Source of the DNA: an uncultured archaeon
GTDB lineage: Archaea; Asgardarchaeota; Lokiarchaeia; Sigyniarchaeales; SOKP01
Assembly (NCBI GenBank): GCA_964583985.1
Contig: CAZOYD010000086.1
Span: forward strand, 1 to 12,299
DNA: 12,299 bases
Reading direction: 5' to 3'
Positions 1 to 8,069 of the stretch are shown here, in pieces. Below the pieces are notes generated by a model, which did no database searches, was not told the origin of the DNA, and worked only from the letters and a program-made list of their open reading frames with translations. Numbering within the stretch: position 1 is the stretch's first letter; every line of letters starts with the position of its first letter. The position numbers and the translations under genes are program-made.

Positions 1-1365
1 CTATTTTTTGGAGTCTTAATGGGAGCATTAGATATAGCGATAATAGGTCCAGCGTTACCTGCTATAAAGACTACTTTTAATCTTACTACTAGAATTGAAG
101 CGTGGATCTTTAGCATTTACATCTTATTTAACATAATGGGAATTCCCGTTAATTCTAAACTGAGTGATAGGATAGGTAGAAAGAAGATATACATCATAGA
201 TTTATCATTATTCGGAATAGGCTCATTAATGGTTGTATCTTCTCCATTTTTCCTTGGACTTATCCCCATTAATTTAGGATTTATTATCCTCTTGGCTGGT
301 AGATCAATTCAAGGATTTGGGGCAGGAGGGATATTTCCTGTCGCTAGTGCCCTTATTGGAGATACATTTCCACCAGATAAGCGAGGTGGTGCCCTTGGAT
401 TAATAGGAGCAGTTTTTGGTATCGCATTTATCATTGGCCCAATCATAGGAGGAATCTTGCTTTTAATTGCATGGGAACTTCTCTTTCTAATAAACATACC
501 TATCGTTTTATTACTCATATATTTTGCTTGGAAAAAATTCCCTTCTAAATCAGAAAACAATCAAAAACCTTTTGATACCAGAGGAATAATATTTTTACTA
601 ATCGTTTTAGGAACATTTGCTTTTGGCATTAATCAAATTGATGAGGCCGATATTTTACAGAGTATCATATCTTATCTGGTATTGCCATTCCTAATAGTTG
701 CCATAATTTTTGTACCATTCTTCTATTATACTGAAAAAAAAGCCCAAGATCCCATAATAGATTTGAAACTGATTAGAAATAAAAATATAACTTTAGCTAA
801 TTTAATTTCTTTGGGTGCTGGCTTTGTAGAAGCTACCTTAATATTCATTCCTTCAATAAGTGTGGTATCCTTTGGTTTATCAGAGAGTAGTGCGAGTTTT
901 ATGTTGTTACCATTGGTGATTACCATGTCATTGAGTAGTCCTTTAGTTGGGCGCTTATTGGATAAAATAGGAGCAAAAAAAGTCATTTTAATTGGTTCTA
1001 TTATTTTAATTTGTGGATTAATATTGTTTGGTTTATTAACTGCTAATTATATCTGGTTTTTCATCAATACAATCTTAATTGGAATCGGACTGATAAGTCT
1101 CTTAGGAGCACCAGTGCGCTATATTGTATTAAATAACACTCCAGAAACAGAAAGAGCGTCACAACAAGGCTTATTGTCCGTCTTCTCTGGTATTGGACAA
1201 CTCATAAGCGGTGTAATGATTGGAGGTATTATAGAAAGCATAGGTGGTGGTTTAATTGGATTTTCCGTAGCATTCATTACAGTTGGAGTAATTTCATTGT
1301 CATTATTTATCGAATCTCTTTATTTAACGAATAAAGGCAATAATAGGTCAGAGAGTGAAGAATGA
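1..1365 (+). CDS. MFS transporter, DHA2 (EmrB/QacA-like, 14-TMS) drug:H+ antiporter family; 5'-truncated by the window edge
   Basis: The frame is open from base 1 (LFFGVL precedes M at 19). It contains LDIAIIGPALP (DHA2 motif D1-like), motif A KLSDRIGRKK, motif B GRSIQGFG, motif C GFIIGPIIGG-like (AFIIGPIIGG), a second-half motif GRLLDKIGAKK, and many hydrophobic segments. Confidence 0.92.
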   Translation, partial: LFFGVLMGALDIAIIGPALPAIKTTFNLTTRIEAWIFSIYILFNIMGIPVNSKLSDRIGRKKIYIIDLSLFGIGSLMVVSSPFFLGLIPINLGFIILLAGRSIQGFGAGGIFPVASALIGDTFPPDKRGGALGLIGAVFGIAFIIGPIIGGILLLIAWELLFLINIPIVLLLIYFAWKKFPSKSENNQKPFDTRGIIFLLIVLGTFAFGINQIDEADILQSIISYLVLPFLIVAIIFVPFFYYTEKKAQDPIIDLKLIRNKNITLANLISLGAGFVEATLIFIPSISVVSFGLSESSASFMLLPLVITMSLSSPLVGRLLDKIGAKKVILIGSIILICGLILFGLLTANYIWFFINTILIGIGLISLLGAPVRYIVLNNTPETERASQQGLLSVFSGIGQLISGVMIGGIIESIGGGLIGFSVAFITVGVISLSLFIESLYLTNKGNNRSESEE

Positions 1366-1545
1366 GAAGAAATTGATAAAATCGAACAAAATAAATTCAT
1401 TCAGATAAGAAAATCATGCTATTTTTTTTAGATCTCATTATTCGAAGGTAAAACTCCCATTATTGTTTTGATTGTTTCGTTGATTTAAAAAATACTTCTA
1501 TTATTAATTTAGGAAAAGAAGCTCTACTAAAAGTTAAGGAATTTA

Positions 1546-1630
1546 AAAGTAAAATTTAATAACATTTCCTTTTTAATTAATTTTGTATCTTACACAGTAA
1601 ATAATGAAATAATTAATCAAGAGTGTAGGA
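1546..1630 (+). promoter_or_regulatory. Putative archaeal promoter (BRE-TATA) and SD-like site for the aconitase gene
   Basis: Purine-rich AAAGTAAAA is followed by TTTAATAA (about 1555-1562). GTGTAGGA lies at 1623-1630, 5 nt before the ATG, and the same 8-mer precedes the LRR gene at 8055-8062. The AT-rich background limits certainty. Confidence 0.4.
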
Positions 1631-1635
1631 AAAAA

Positions 1636-3564
1636 ATGGGAAAAACACTAACAGAAAAAATCCTTGAAAATCACTTAGTTGAAGGGAGTTTGGAAAAAGG
1701 AACTGATATAACTATTAAAATAGACCAAACTCTGACGCAAGATGCAACTGGGACAATGGCGTATCTACAATTTGAAGCTATTGGAGTTGATCGGGTACAA
1801 ACTGAACTTTCGGTAAGTTATGTCGATCATAACACCCTTCAAACAGACTTTAAAAATCCAGATGATCACCGATATCTCCAAAGTATTGCTGCAAAATATG
1901 GGCTCTATTTCTCTCGTCCCGGTAATGGCATTTGTCATCAGTTACATCTAGAGCGTTTTGCCAGACCCGGAAAAACGCTTTTAGGAAGCGATAGCCACAC
2001 TCCAACGGGAGGAGGTGTTGCAAGCATCTCAATTGGAGCAGGCGGATTGGATGTTGCGGCCACGATGGCCGGAGATTCTTTCAGGTTAAAAATGCCGAAA
2101 ATTGTAAATATTCATCTCACAGGAAAGCTTCCTGATTTTGTTTCTGCTAAAGATGTTATTCTCGAAGTTTTGCGAAGGGTCGGTGTAAAGGGAGGAGTTA
2201 ACAAAGTCCTAGAATATACTGGTCCGGGTATAAAAACACTTTCTGTTCCAGAGAGAGGCACAATAACTAATATGGGTACCGAAACTGGAGCTACTACATC
2301 GATCTTTCCTTCAGATGAGATCACAAAACAGTTTTTAGAATCCCAAGAAAGAGGAGAACACTGGGTTGAGCTAAAAGCAGATGATGATGCCGTATATGAT
2401 GAAACAATCGAGATTAACTTAAGTGAACTTGAGTCTCTCATTGCTGAACCTCATAGTCCGGGTAAAGTAAGACCAGTAAAGGAACTTGAAGGACTAAAAG
2501 TAGATCAAGTTTGCATAGGGAGTTGTACGAATTCTTCTCTTCGCGATCTCAAGATCACGGCAAATATTTTGAAGGGAAAGACTATAAATCAAAATACCGT
2601 GCTTACGGTATCAGCAGGTTCTAGACAAGTAGTAGACCATTTAATTCATTCTGGAGAGTTTGTTTATTTAATTGAAGCAGGAGCTAGAATACTGGAAAAC
2701 GCATGTGGTCCATGCATAGGAATGGGTCTTGCTCCTCGTTCAGATGCCATTTCTTTAAGGACTTTCAATAGAAATTTTCTCGGCAGAAGCGGAACTCAGA
2801 GTGCTCAAATCTATTTGGTAAGTCCTGAAACTGCTGCTGTTTCCGCAATTGAAGGGAAAATTACGGACCCAAGGACTGTTGGAAAATATCCGAAATTTGA
2901 CATGCCAAAGAAATTCATGGTAAATGATAACATGATAATTCCACCCTTAACCCCAGAGGAGGCGAGAAAGGTTGAAATTATTAGGGGTCCAAACATCAAG
3001 CCTCTACCCGAATTCAATCCTTTACCAGATAAATTAACTGGAGAGGTTCTCCTGAAAGTCGAAGATGATATTACAACAGATCACATCATGCCTGCTGGTG
3101 CTGAAATTCTACCATTACGTTCAAATATACCTGAAATCAGCAAATATGTTTTTAAGGCCATTGATGAAAGTTTTCCCGAGAGATCCTTGGCAAAAGGAGG
3201 GGGATTCATTATTGGTGGAGACAATTATGGTCAAGGTTCCTCTCGAGAACATGCTGCTATTGCTCCAAAATATTTAGGTATCAAAGCAGTTATTGTAAAA
3301 AGCTTTGCACGAATTCATCTTGCGAATTTAGTTAATTTCGGAATTGTACCTTTAACTTTTGTCAACAAGGAGAATTACGAAAAAGTTGAACTTGGCGATA
3401 ACTTAGAAATTGATTTAACAACCATTAAATCTGGAAGAGTGAATCTGAAAAATCTTACAAAAGGGTTAGATATCGAATTAACTCATTCTTTAAGTGAACA
3501 AGACTTAGAAGAGTTAATGGCAGGGGGAAAACTTACCCGGATTAAACAAAAACACCTGAAATGA
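1636..3564 (+). CDS. acn: Aconitate hydratase, short single-chain (Aquifex/archaeal type) [4Fe-4S] aconitase family
   Basis: 642 aa. Motifs: TQDATG, DHN, GNGICHQ, GSDSHT, the cluster-binding Cys motifs IGSCTN and ACGPCIG, TFNRNF, and a C-terminal swivel domain with ITTDHI and NYGQGSSREHAA. The exact substrate within the aconitase superfamily cannot be proven from sequence. Confidence 0.93.
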   Translation: MGKTLTEKILENHLVEGSLEKGTDITIKIDQTLTQDATGTMAYLQFEAIGVDRVQTELSVSYVDHNTLQTDFKNPDDHRYLQSIAAKYGLYFSRPGNGICHQLHLERFARPGKTLLGSDSHTPTGGGVASISIGAGGLDVAATMAGDSFRLKMPKIVNIHLTGKLPDFVSAKDVILEVLRRVGVKGGVNKVLEYTGPGIKTLSVPERGTITNMGTETGATTSIFPSDEITKQFLESQERGEHWVELKADDDAVYDETIEINLSELESLIAEPHSPGKVRPVKELEGLKVDQVCIGSCTNSSLRDLKITANILKGKTINQNTVLTVSAGSRQVVDHLIHSGEFVYLIEAGARILENACGPCIGMGLAPRSDAISLRTFNRNFLGRSGTQSAQIYLVSPETAAVSAIEGKITDPRTVGKYPKFDMPKKFMVNDNMIIPPLTPEEARKVEIIRGPNIKPLPEFNPLPDKLTGEVLLKVEDDITTDHIMPAGAEILPLRSNIPEISKYVFKAIDESFPERSLAKGGGFIIGGDNYGQGSSREHAAIAPKYLGIKAVIVKSFARIHLANLVNFGIVPLTFVNKENYEKVELGDNLEIDLTTIKSGRVNLKNLTKGLDIELTHSLSEQDLEELMAGGKLTRIKQKHLK

Positions 3565-3572
3565 ACAAGTAA

Positions 3573-3600
3573 TTCTATTTCTTTTTTATTATTTAGTTTT
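3573..3600 (+). terminator. Oligo-T archaeal-type terminator
   Basis: T-rich tract TTCTATTTCTTTTTTATTATTTAGTTTT starts shortly after the aconitase stop codon. Confidence 0.45.
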
Positions 3601-3694
3601 AAATCACTTCTCTAAAATGATATATCACATTATTTAAATAGGCATATTGCTTCTTTCTATTTAGAGTCCAATAATAAGATGGTAAATATCTCTT

Positions 3695-4234
3695 ATGATT
3701 GAGAAAGAATCCAAGCAAAAGAAAATTTCGACAATCTTAATAATTGGAATAATTTTCTCATTTTTTGGAATTTCGTTTATGAGTATTCCGTTCCCAAATA
3801 CGGTTGTGATTGAGAATTTAGGACAATTTGGTATTGTAGAAGGTGTAACCTATATTGTACACTACAATTATCCAATGTTTTCATATGATCAAGAGCTGAC
3901 TATTAGTTTAGGAGCAATCAACAGTTCTTTTTCAATAATTGTTATTGATGATAGCGAATTTGAAGCTTGGAATAATGAACAAGGAGGATATATCCCTTGT
4001 TACGAGAAGCAGAATATTAGTGGAGTCTATAAAACCCTTTATCTAAATCAACCTTTTATTGGTAATATAAATATTATTATAACTGCTGAAACTTTATTAG
4101 AAATATATGGAACAATTCAAACAAGCTTCTCATCTCATTATGTCATAGTAGGGTCAATCTCTTTAATGGTTGGAGTTATTTTAGTATTATATTTAGTACT
4201 ACAAAAATACAAATTTAAAAAACCTAAGAGATAA
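3695..4234 (+). CDS. Hypothetical membrane protein: N-terminal TM, predicted beta-rich extracytoplasmic domain, C-terminal TM and basic tail
   Basis: 179 aa. Hydrophobic segments ISTILIIGIIFSFFGISFMSIPF and YVIVGSISLMVGVILVLYLVL are each flanked on the terminal side by Lys/Arg clusters. The middle region has alternating beta-strand patterns. A TATA-like TTTAAATA lies near 3633-3640. Confidence 0.8.
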   Translation: MIEKESKQKKISTILIIGIIFSFFGISFMSIPFPNTVVIENLGQFGIVEGVTYIVHYNYPMFSYDQELTISLGAINSSFSIIVIDDSEFEAWNNEQGGYIPCYEKQNISGVYKTLYLNQPFIGNINIIITAETLLEIYGTIQTSFSSHYVIVGSISLMVGVILVLYLVLQKYKFKKPKR

Positions 4235-4321
4235 TCTATATGTTATCTTTAGTTAGTGTTATTATTAAAGGTCCAACATTAGAAAGAATATCAATTTCTA
4301 TAAATCCATCAGTACATTCAT
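4233..4321. repeat. Diverged direct repeat, copy 1 (pairs with 5204-5295)
   Basis: 4261-4321 vs 5235-5295 match at 52/61 nt ungapped by manual count. Weaker similarity extends left to a shared AATCTA containing the minus-strand TAG. Confidence 0.88.
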
Positions 4322-4322
4322 T
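4236..4322 (-). pseudogene. Relic copy of the 3' end of the GH94-like gene
   Basis: The minus strand translates NECTDGFIEIDILSNVGPLIITLTKDNI*, matching the GH94 C-terminus YEDTDKFIEIDIPSNNGPLIIKLIKKTIN*. There is no start codon, and an in-frame stop lies upstream at 4335-4337. Confidence 0.85.
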
Positions 4323-4406
4323 AAATATTTTTACTCATTAAATTTTTCCTAAAAATTTTTAAGAAACTCAGAAAAGATTAAAGAGATTTACTTCATTGAA
4401 ATAATT

Positions 4407-5168
4407 ATGGAAAGAAAAGGATATTTATACGATCCAAAGAAGAGATTTTCTTCTAGAGTCGAGAATTACGTTAACTACAGGCCTACGTATCCCATAGAAA
4501 TAATCAATTTTCTAATTAAAGAAAGAATTTTATCTAAAAACTCTATTATCGCGGATATAGGATCAGGAACAGGGATTTTGAGTAAGCTTTTTATAAATAA
4601 TTTTAATAAAGTCTATGCAGTCGAACCAAATGATGAAATGAGAAACGCTGCTGAGAGACAGTTCATTAATTATCCAAATTTCATAAGTATTAAAGGATCT
4701 GCTGAAAAAACAGAATTAGAGGATCATAGTATCGATATTATCACTGTAGGACAAGCTTTTCATTGGTTTGATATTGAATTAACAAAAATCGAATTCCGAA
4801 GAGTCTTGAATGAAAATGGTCATGTTGTTATTATTTGGAATAGCCGTAAAAAAGCGGGAAATAAGTTTTCTGAAGATTATGAGAAAATAGTCTCAAAATA
4901 TGGAACGGATTACAAGCAAGTGAGAATGAATGAAAGGATTGTCGATGATTTTTATCAATACCAATTAAAGAAATTTGAAAATTATCAAGATTTAGATTAT
5001 AATGGTTTAAAAGGGCGCTTACTCTCAACTTCATACATTCCTTTAGATAATGATCCAAATTTTGAGCAGATGATAATTGAATTAGAAGAATTATTTTCGA
5101 GAAATCAAAAAAATGGTAAGATCAGATTTGAGTACAATACCTTGGTGTATTACGGAAAATTAACCTAG
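4407..5168 (+). CDS. Class I SAM-dependent methyltransferase (Methyltransf_11-like, small-molecule type)
   Basis: 253 aa. N-terminal RFSSRVENYVNYRPTYP, motif I IADIGSGTG, VYAVEPN, GSAE, DIITVGQAFHWFD, and RVLNENG. Confidence 0.92.
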   Translation: MERKGYLYDPKKRFSSRVENYVNYRPTYPIEIINFLIKERILSKNSIIADIGSGTGILSKLFINNFNKVYAVEPNDEMRNAAERQFINYPNFISIKGSAEKTELEDHSIDIITVGQAFHWFDIELTKIEFRRVLNENGHVVIIWNSRKKAGNKFSEDYEKIVSKYGTDYKQVRMNERIVDDFYQYQLKKFENYQDLDYNGLKGRLLSTSYIPLDNDPNFEQMIIELEELFSRNQKNGKIRFEYNTLVYYGKLT

Positions 5169-5203
5169 TTCATTTAAAGAATAAAGATACATTAATAAAC
5201 ATC

Positions 5204-5295
5204 AATCTAATTGATGGTTTTTTTAATCAGTTTAATTATTAAAGGTCCATTATTAGAGGGAATATCAATTTCTATAAACTTATCAGTATCTTCAT
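5204..5295. repeat. Diverged direct repeat, copy 2 (the functional 3' end of the GH94-like gene)
   Basis: Matches 4233-4321 at an offset of 974 bp in the core. Confidence 0.88.
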
Positions 5296-7891
5296 AGCAT
5301 TGAAGATCTACTATATACAACTTTTCATTTAGGTAAATTTTAGAGTGTTCATTCCACCATTTTGGTTTTTTGATTTTAATCTTAAATTCTAAGTTAGCAT
5401 TAATATTATAACATAAAATTAATTTTTCTAAATCCGATTCTAATGAAATTAAAGGAGATTTAAAAGAAAATCTTGGAGGTAAAATATTTGGATTAATGAT
5501 AAGGGCCGAAAAATCTGCTTCGATTCCTGCTATTTTTATAATACTTAATAAATAACTTGCATGAGCATTCAAGTTCATTATTGGAAAGTCACACATTGGA
5601 GTTGCAAAATGATAGAAAGCCTGTCCTGCATTTTCAGAATAATCCGCGATATAAGAATCGGGTGCACTCCAAATACCATACCACATTTTTGGATATACTT
5701 CCGCCCTTTTTGCTAATGAATTTTTCATTACTGAATTGAAAGCCTTCTTTTCATCATATTTCGAAAATCCCCATGTAAGTAAAGCGTTCATTGCATGCCA
5801 TATACCTCCATTCACATCCCATCCTTTAGGAAGAATATTTAAGTATGTTTTTTGAGGAGGATAGCTAATATATTGACCAATTAAAGAAGGTTCATCTAAA
5901 ATTTTATAAATTTGATCAATTAAATTAAAAGCACTCTCATTATCCAGAAGTTTTGAAATTAATAACCATGTATGATGCTCTAAATACAAGGATTGATCTC
6001 CAATAGGATTTCCTTGACCATCCCAACCCCGAAAAAACCATTTTCCATTGTAGGACTTAAAAACTGCTTGTTTTAGAATGTCAAGTTTATCTAAACAGGA
6101 TGTTATAAACGTTGCATTTGAATCCTTCATCAAATTTAAAACTCTTGGGATTATATAGAGAGCAAAAGTGGAGTTAAAACTTGATTCTCCATTCTCAATA
6201 AATTTTCTTCGGTTCTTTACCATTAAAGAGATTCCATCAGACCAATCTCCATCATTGCATTTTATAAGACCGTGTTCTCCAAACCCCACCTTTTCTGAGA
6301 ATAGATATTCAATTAATAATTTAACTGTCTCAGAAACATTTGTCTTAATATCCTGTGGTCTATCATGAAAAGAGAATTTTTCTTCTAAAAATTCATAGTC
6401 TCTCGTTAAAGAAATATATTGTTCTATACCCCATAGTAAAAATAAATACAGATCCGATGGTTTAGAATGAACAAAAGCAGAAGAAGTCTTTCCATAACCG
6501 TACAATGAATAGGGTAATTTACCATCACTATAGATAAGAGATAAATTAAATAGTAAAAATTCTCTTGCAATTGAGGGGTTCATTAAAATAAGGGAATTTA
6601 GATAGAGCATAAAATCACGAATTGAACCGTCTATTCCATGCCCAAATAAATATATTGATCCTTGATATAGGCGATGCTTTTTATAATATTCGTCATAAAA
6701 TAAAGCACTACGAGTATAATATGAATGCCATATAGTTTCACGAGACAGTTGTGGTTCATTTTTTATGTTTAAATTTATCAATGAATTTTTCCATTGATTT
6801 GCATTATATTCTAAAATCGATTGATTTGCGACAATTTGCTTGTATTTTTTTACTAACTCTTCAATTTTATCAAGTTCTTCATACCCGAAAAGAGTGATAA
6901 TCTTATTATTTTCTTTATTATTTAAATTTAGGTTAATTCCTGCACCTAAGCATAAATTTCTCTTTCTAATTCGCCTTAAGTCAGTTTCTGTATCCCAATT
7001 TATCGAAATATCGTTTTCCTTGAATAAAATTTTTTTATTTATAAAAAACTTTACATCGATTTGATTGAGAATCGTTAAAAAAAGGGACTTGGGATAATAA
7101 TCATGCTTGCTTGGCTCATTCTTAGCAATTGGTGGCTTTCTTTTGTATTTTGGCGTTAAAATAATTGTCTTTAATTCCAAAATAAATGATACGGTATATC
7201 TAAATTTCTTAGTAAATCTTCTCCTAACCGTTTCTGTATCTTTTCTAACTATTTTTAATACGAGTTTTACTAATCGTCCAACAAAGTTTAATAATTTAGA
7301 TTTCCCGAAGCTCTTGCGATTTTTCCAAGTTACAATTAATGACTTTAAAAGAGGGTGAAGATTAATATCCCAGAAATCTATGACTTTTATTGGATTATCT
7401 TCCGAATTATCGGATTTGCTATAAATTAAATATTCGGAGATAAATATGGGATCATCGGAAAAAGGAGAGCAAATGCTATGTTGAATATCTATACCATTAA
7501 AATTTAATATCTTCTTGAAATATCCCATCCCAAATATTCTCTCAAATTTAGTATGCATATTTAAATTATCAATTGTATAAAGATCTGAAGCATGGATTTT
7601 GTCCTTTTCAAAATGATATAACCCTATACCTCCACCAAGTTTTCCATGATGACTGTCCTGGTATGTTATCCATTTAAATCCTCTGCTTCCATCTAAAAAT
7701 TGAACGTAACCTCCATTATGAGCTGTTCCCATTATTCTATCATTCCCTAATTGATGAAAATGATCGACTGAGTATCCATAAGAAGTCTTAGCTTTTGCAA
7801 ATGGATCTGTTAATTGATTACATTTATAATTATAAGCAGGTAATCCAAACTCATCGGTAATCCATTCTCCAAAATAACCATTGCCTTGCAT
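5207..7891 (-). CDS. GH94-like (cellobiose/chitobiose phosphorylase-related, (alpha/alpha)6-barrel) glycoside phosphorylase or hydrolase
   Basis: 894 aa, no signal peptide. GSIRD corresponds to GFRD of GH94, SDLYLFL to the D-x-x-x-W-L region, and GEHGL..DGDWSD (6236-6253) to the catalytic DWND. It also has GESSF, YNGKWFFRGW and NGGIWH. Confidence 0.8.
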   Translation of the reverse strand: MQGNGYFGEWITDEFGLPAYNYKCNQLTDPFAKAKTSYGYSVDHFHQLGNDRIMGTAHNGGYVQFLDGSRGFKWITYQDSHHGKLGGGIGLYHFEKDKIHASDLYTIDNLNMHTKFERIFGMGYFKKILNFNGIDIQHSICSPFSDDPIFISEYLIYSKSDNSEDNPIKVIDFWDINLHPLLKSLIVTWKNRKSFGKSKLLNFVGRLVKLVLKIVRKDTETVRRRFTKKFRYTVSFILELKTIILTPKYKRKPPIAKNEPSKHDYYPKSLFLTILNQIDVKFFINKKILFKENDISINWDTETDLRRIRKRNLCLGAGINLNLNNKENNKIITLFGYEELDKIEELVKKYKQIVANQSILEYNANQWKNSLINLNIKNEPQLSRETIWHSYYTRSALFYDEYYKKHRLYQGSIYLFGHGIDGSIRDFMLYLNSLILMNPSIAREFLLFNLSLIYSDGKLPYSLYGYGKTSSAFVHSKPSDLYLFLLWGIEQYISLTRDYEFLEEKFSFHDRPQDIKTNVSETVKLLIEYLFSEKVGFGEHGLIKCNDGDWSDGISLMVKNRRKFIENGESSFNSTFALYIIPRVLNLMKDSNATFITSCLDKLDILKQAVFKSYNGKWFFRGWDGQGNPIGDQSLYLEHHTWLLISKLLDNESAFNLIDQIYKILDEPSLIGQYISYPPQKTYLNILPKGWDVNGGIWHAMNALLTWGFSKYDEKKAFNSVMKNSLAKRAEVYPKMWYGIWSAPDSYIADYSENAGQAFYHFATPMCDFPIMNLNAHASYLLSIIKIAGIEADFSALIINPNILPPRFSFKSPLISLESDLEKLILCYNINANLEFKIKIKKPKWWNEHSKIYLNEKLYIVDLQCYEDTDKFIEIDIPSNNGPLIIKLIKKTIN

Positions 7892-7995
7892 TTTGAAATC
7901 TACGGAATTATTTTTGTATTGTATGTTTTTAATACCATTATATAGAATTTAAGGTTTCAACTAAAATTTAATGATTTACTGTTATTTAATTCTTA

Positions 7996-8064
7996 AAAAG
8001 GGAAGTTTTTTTATAATTTCAAATCATAAATTAAGAATAAGGAAAATTTATTATGTGTAGGAGA
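7996..8064 (+). promoter_or_regulatory. Putative BRE-TATA promoter and SD site of the LRR gene, in the divergent GH94/LRR intergenic region
   Basis: A purine-rich AAAAAGGGAAG precedes a T-run and TTTATAAT (8010-8017). AGGAGA lies at 8059-8064, 5 nt before the ATG at 8070. Confidence 0.5.
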
Positions 8065-8069
8065 ATAAA

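Noticed and set aside
1363-1431. Possible TGA read-through (selenocysteine) extending the MFS C-terminus
   Set aside because: It would add only about 21 unremarkable residues, with no redox motif and no evident SECIS-like structure.
1585-1610. Iron-responsive-element-like loop upstream of the aconitase gene
   Set aside because: The sequence is CAGTA rather than CAGTG, with no convincing flanking stem.
309-3277. Short alternative-frame and antisense ORFs (309-560, 726-986, 1850-2032, 2112-2441, 2811-3017, 3065-3277)
   Set aside because: They lie entirely within well-supported MFS and aconitase genes and have no recognisable motifs, so they are shadow ORFs.
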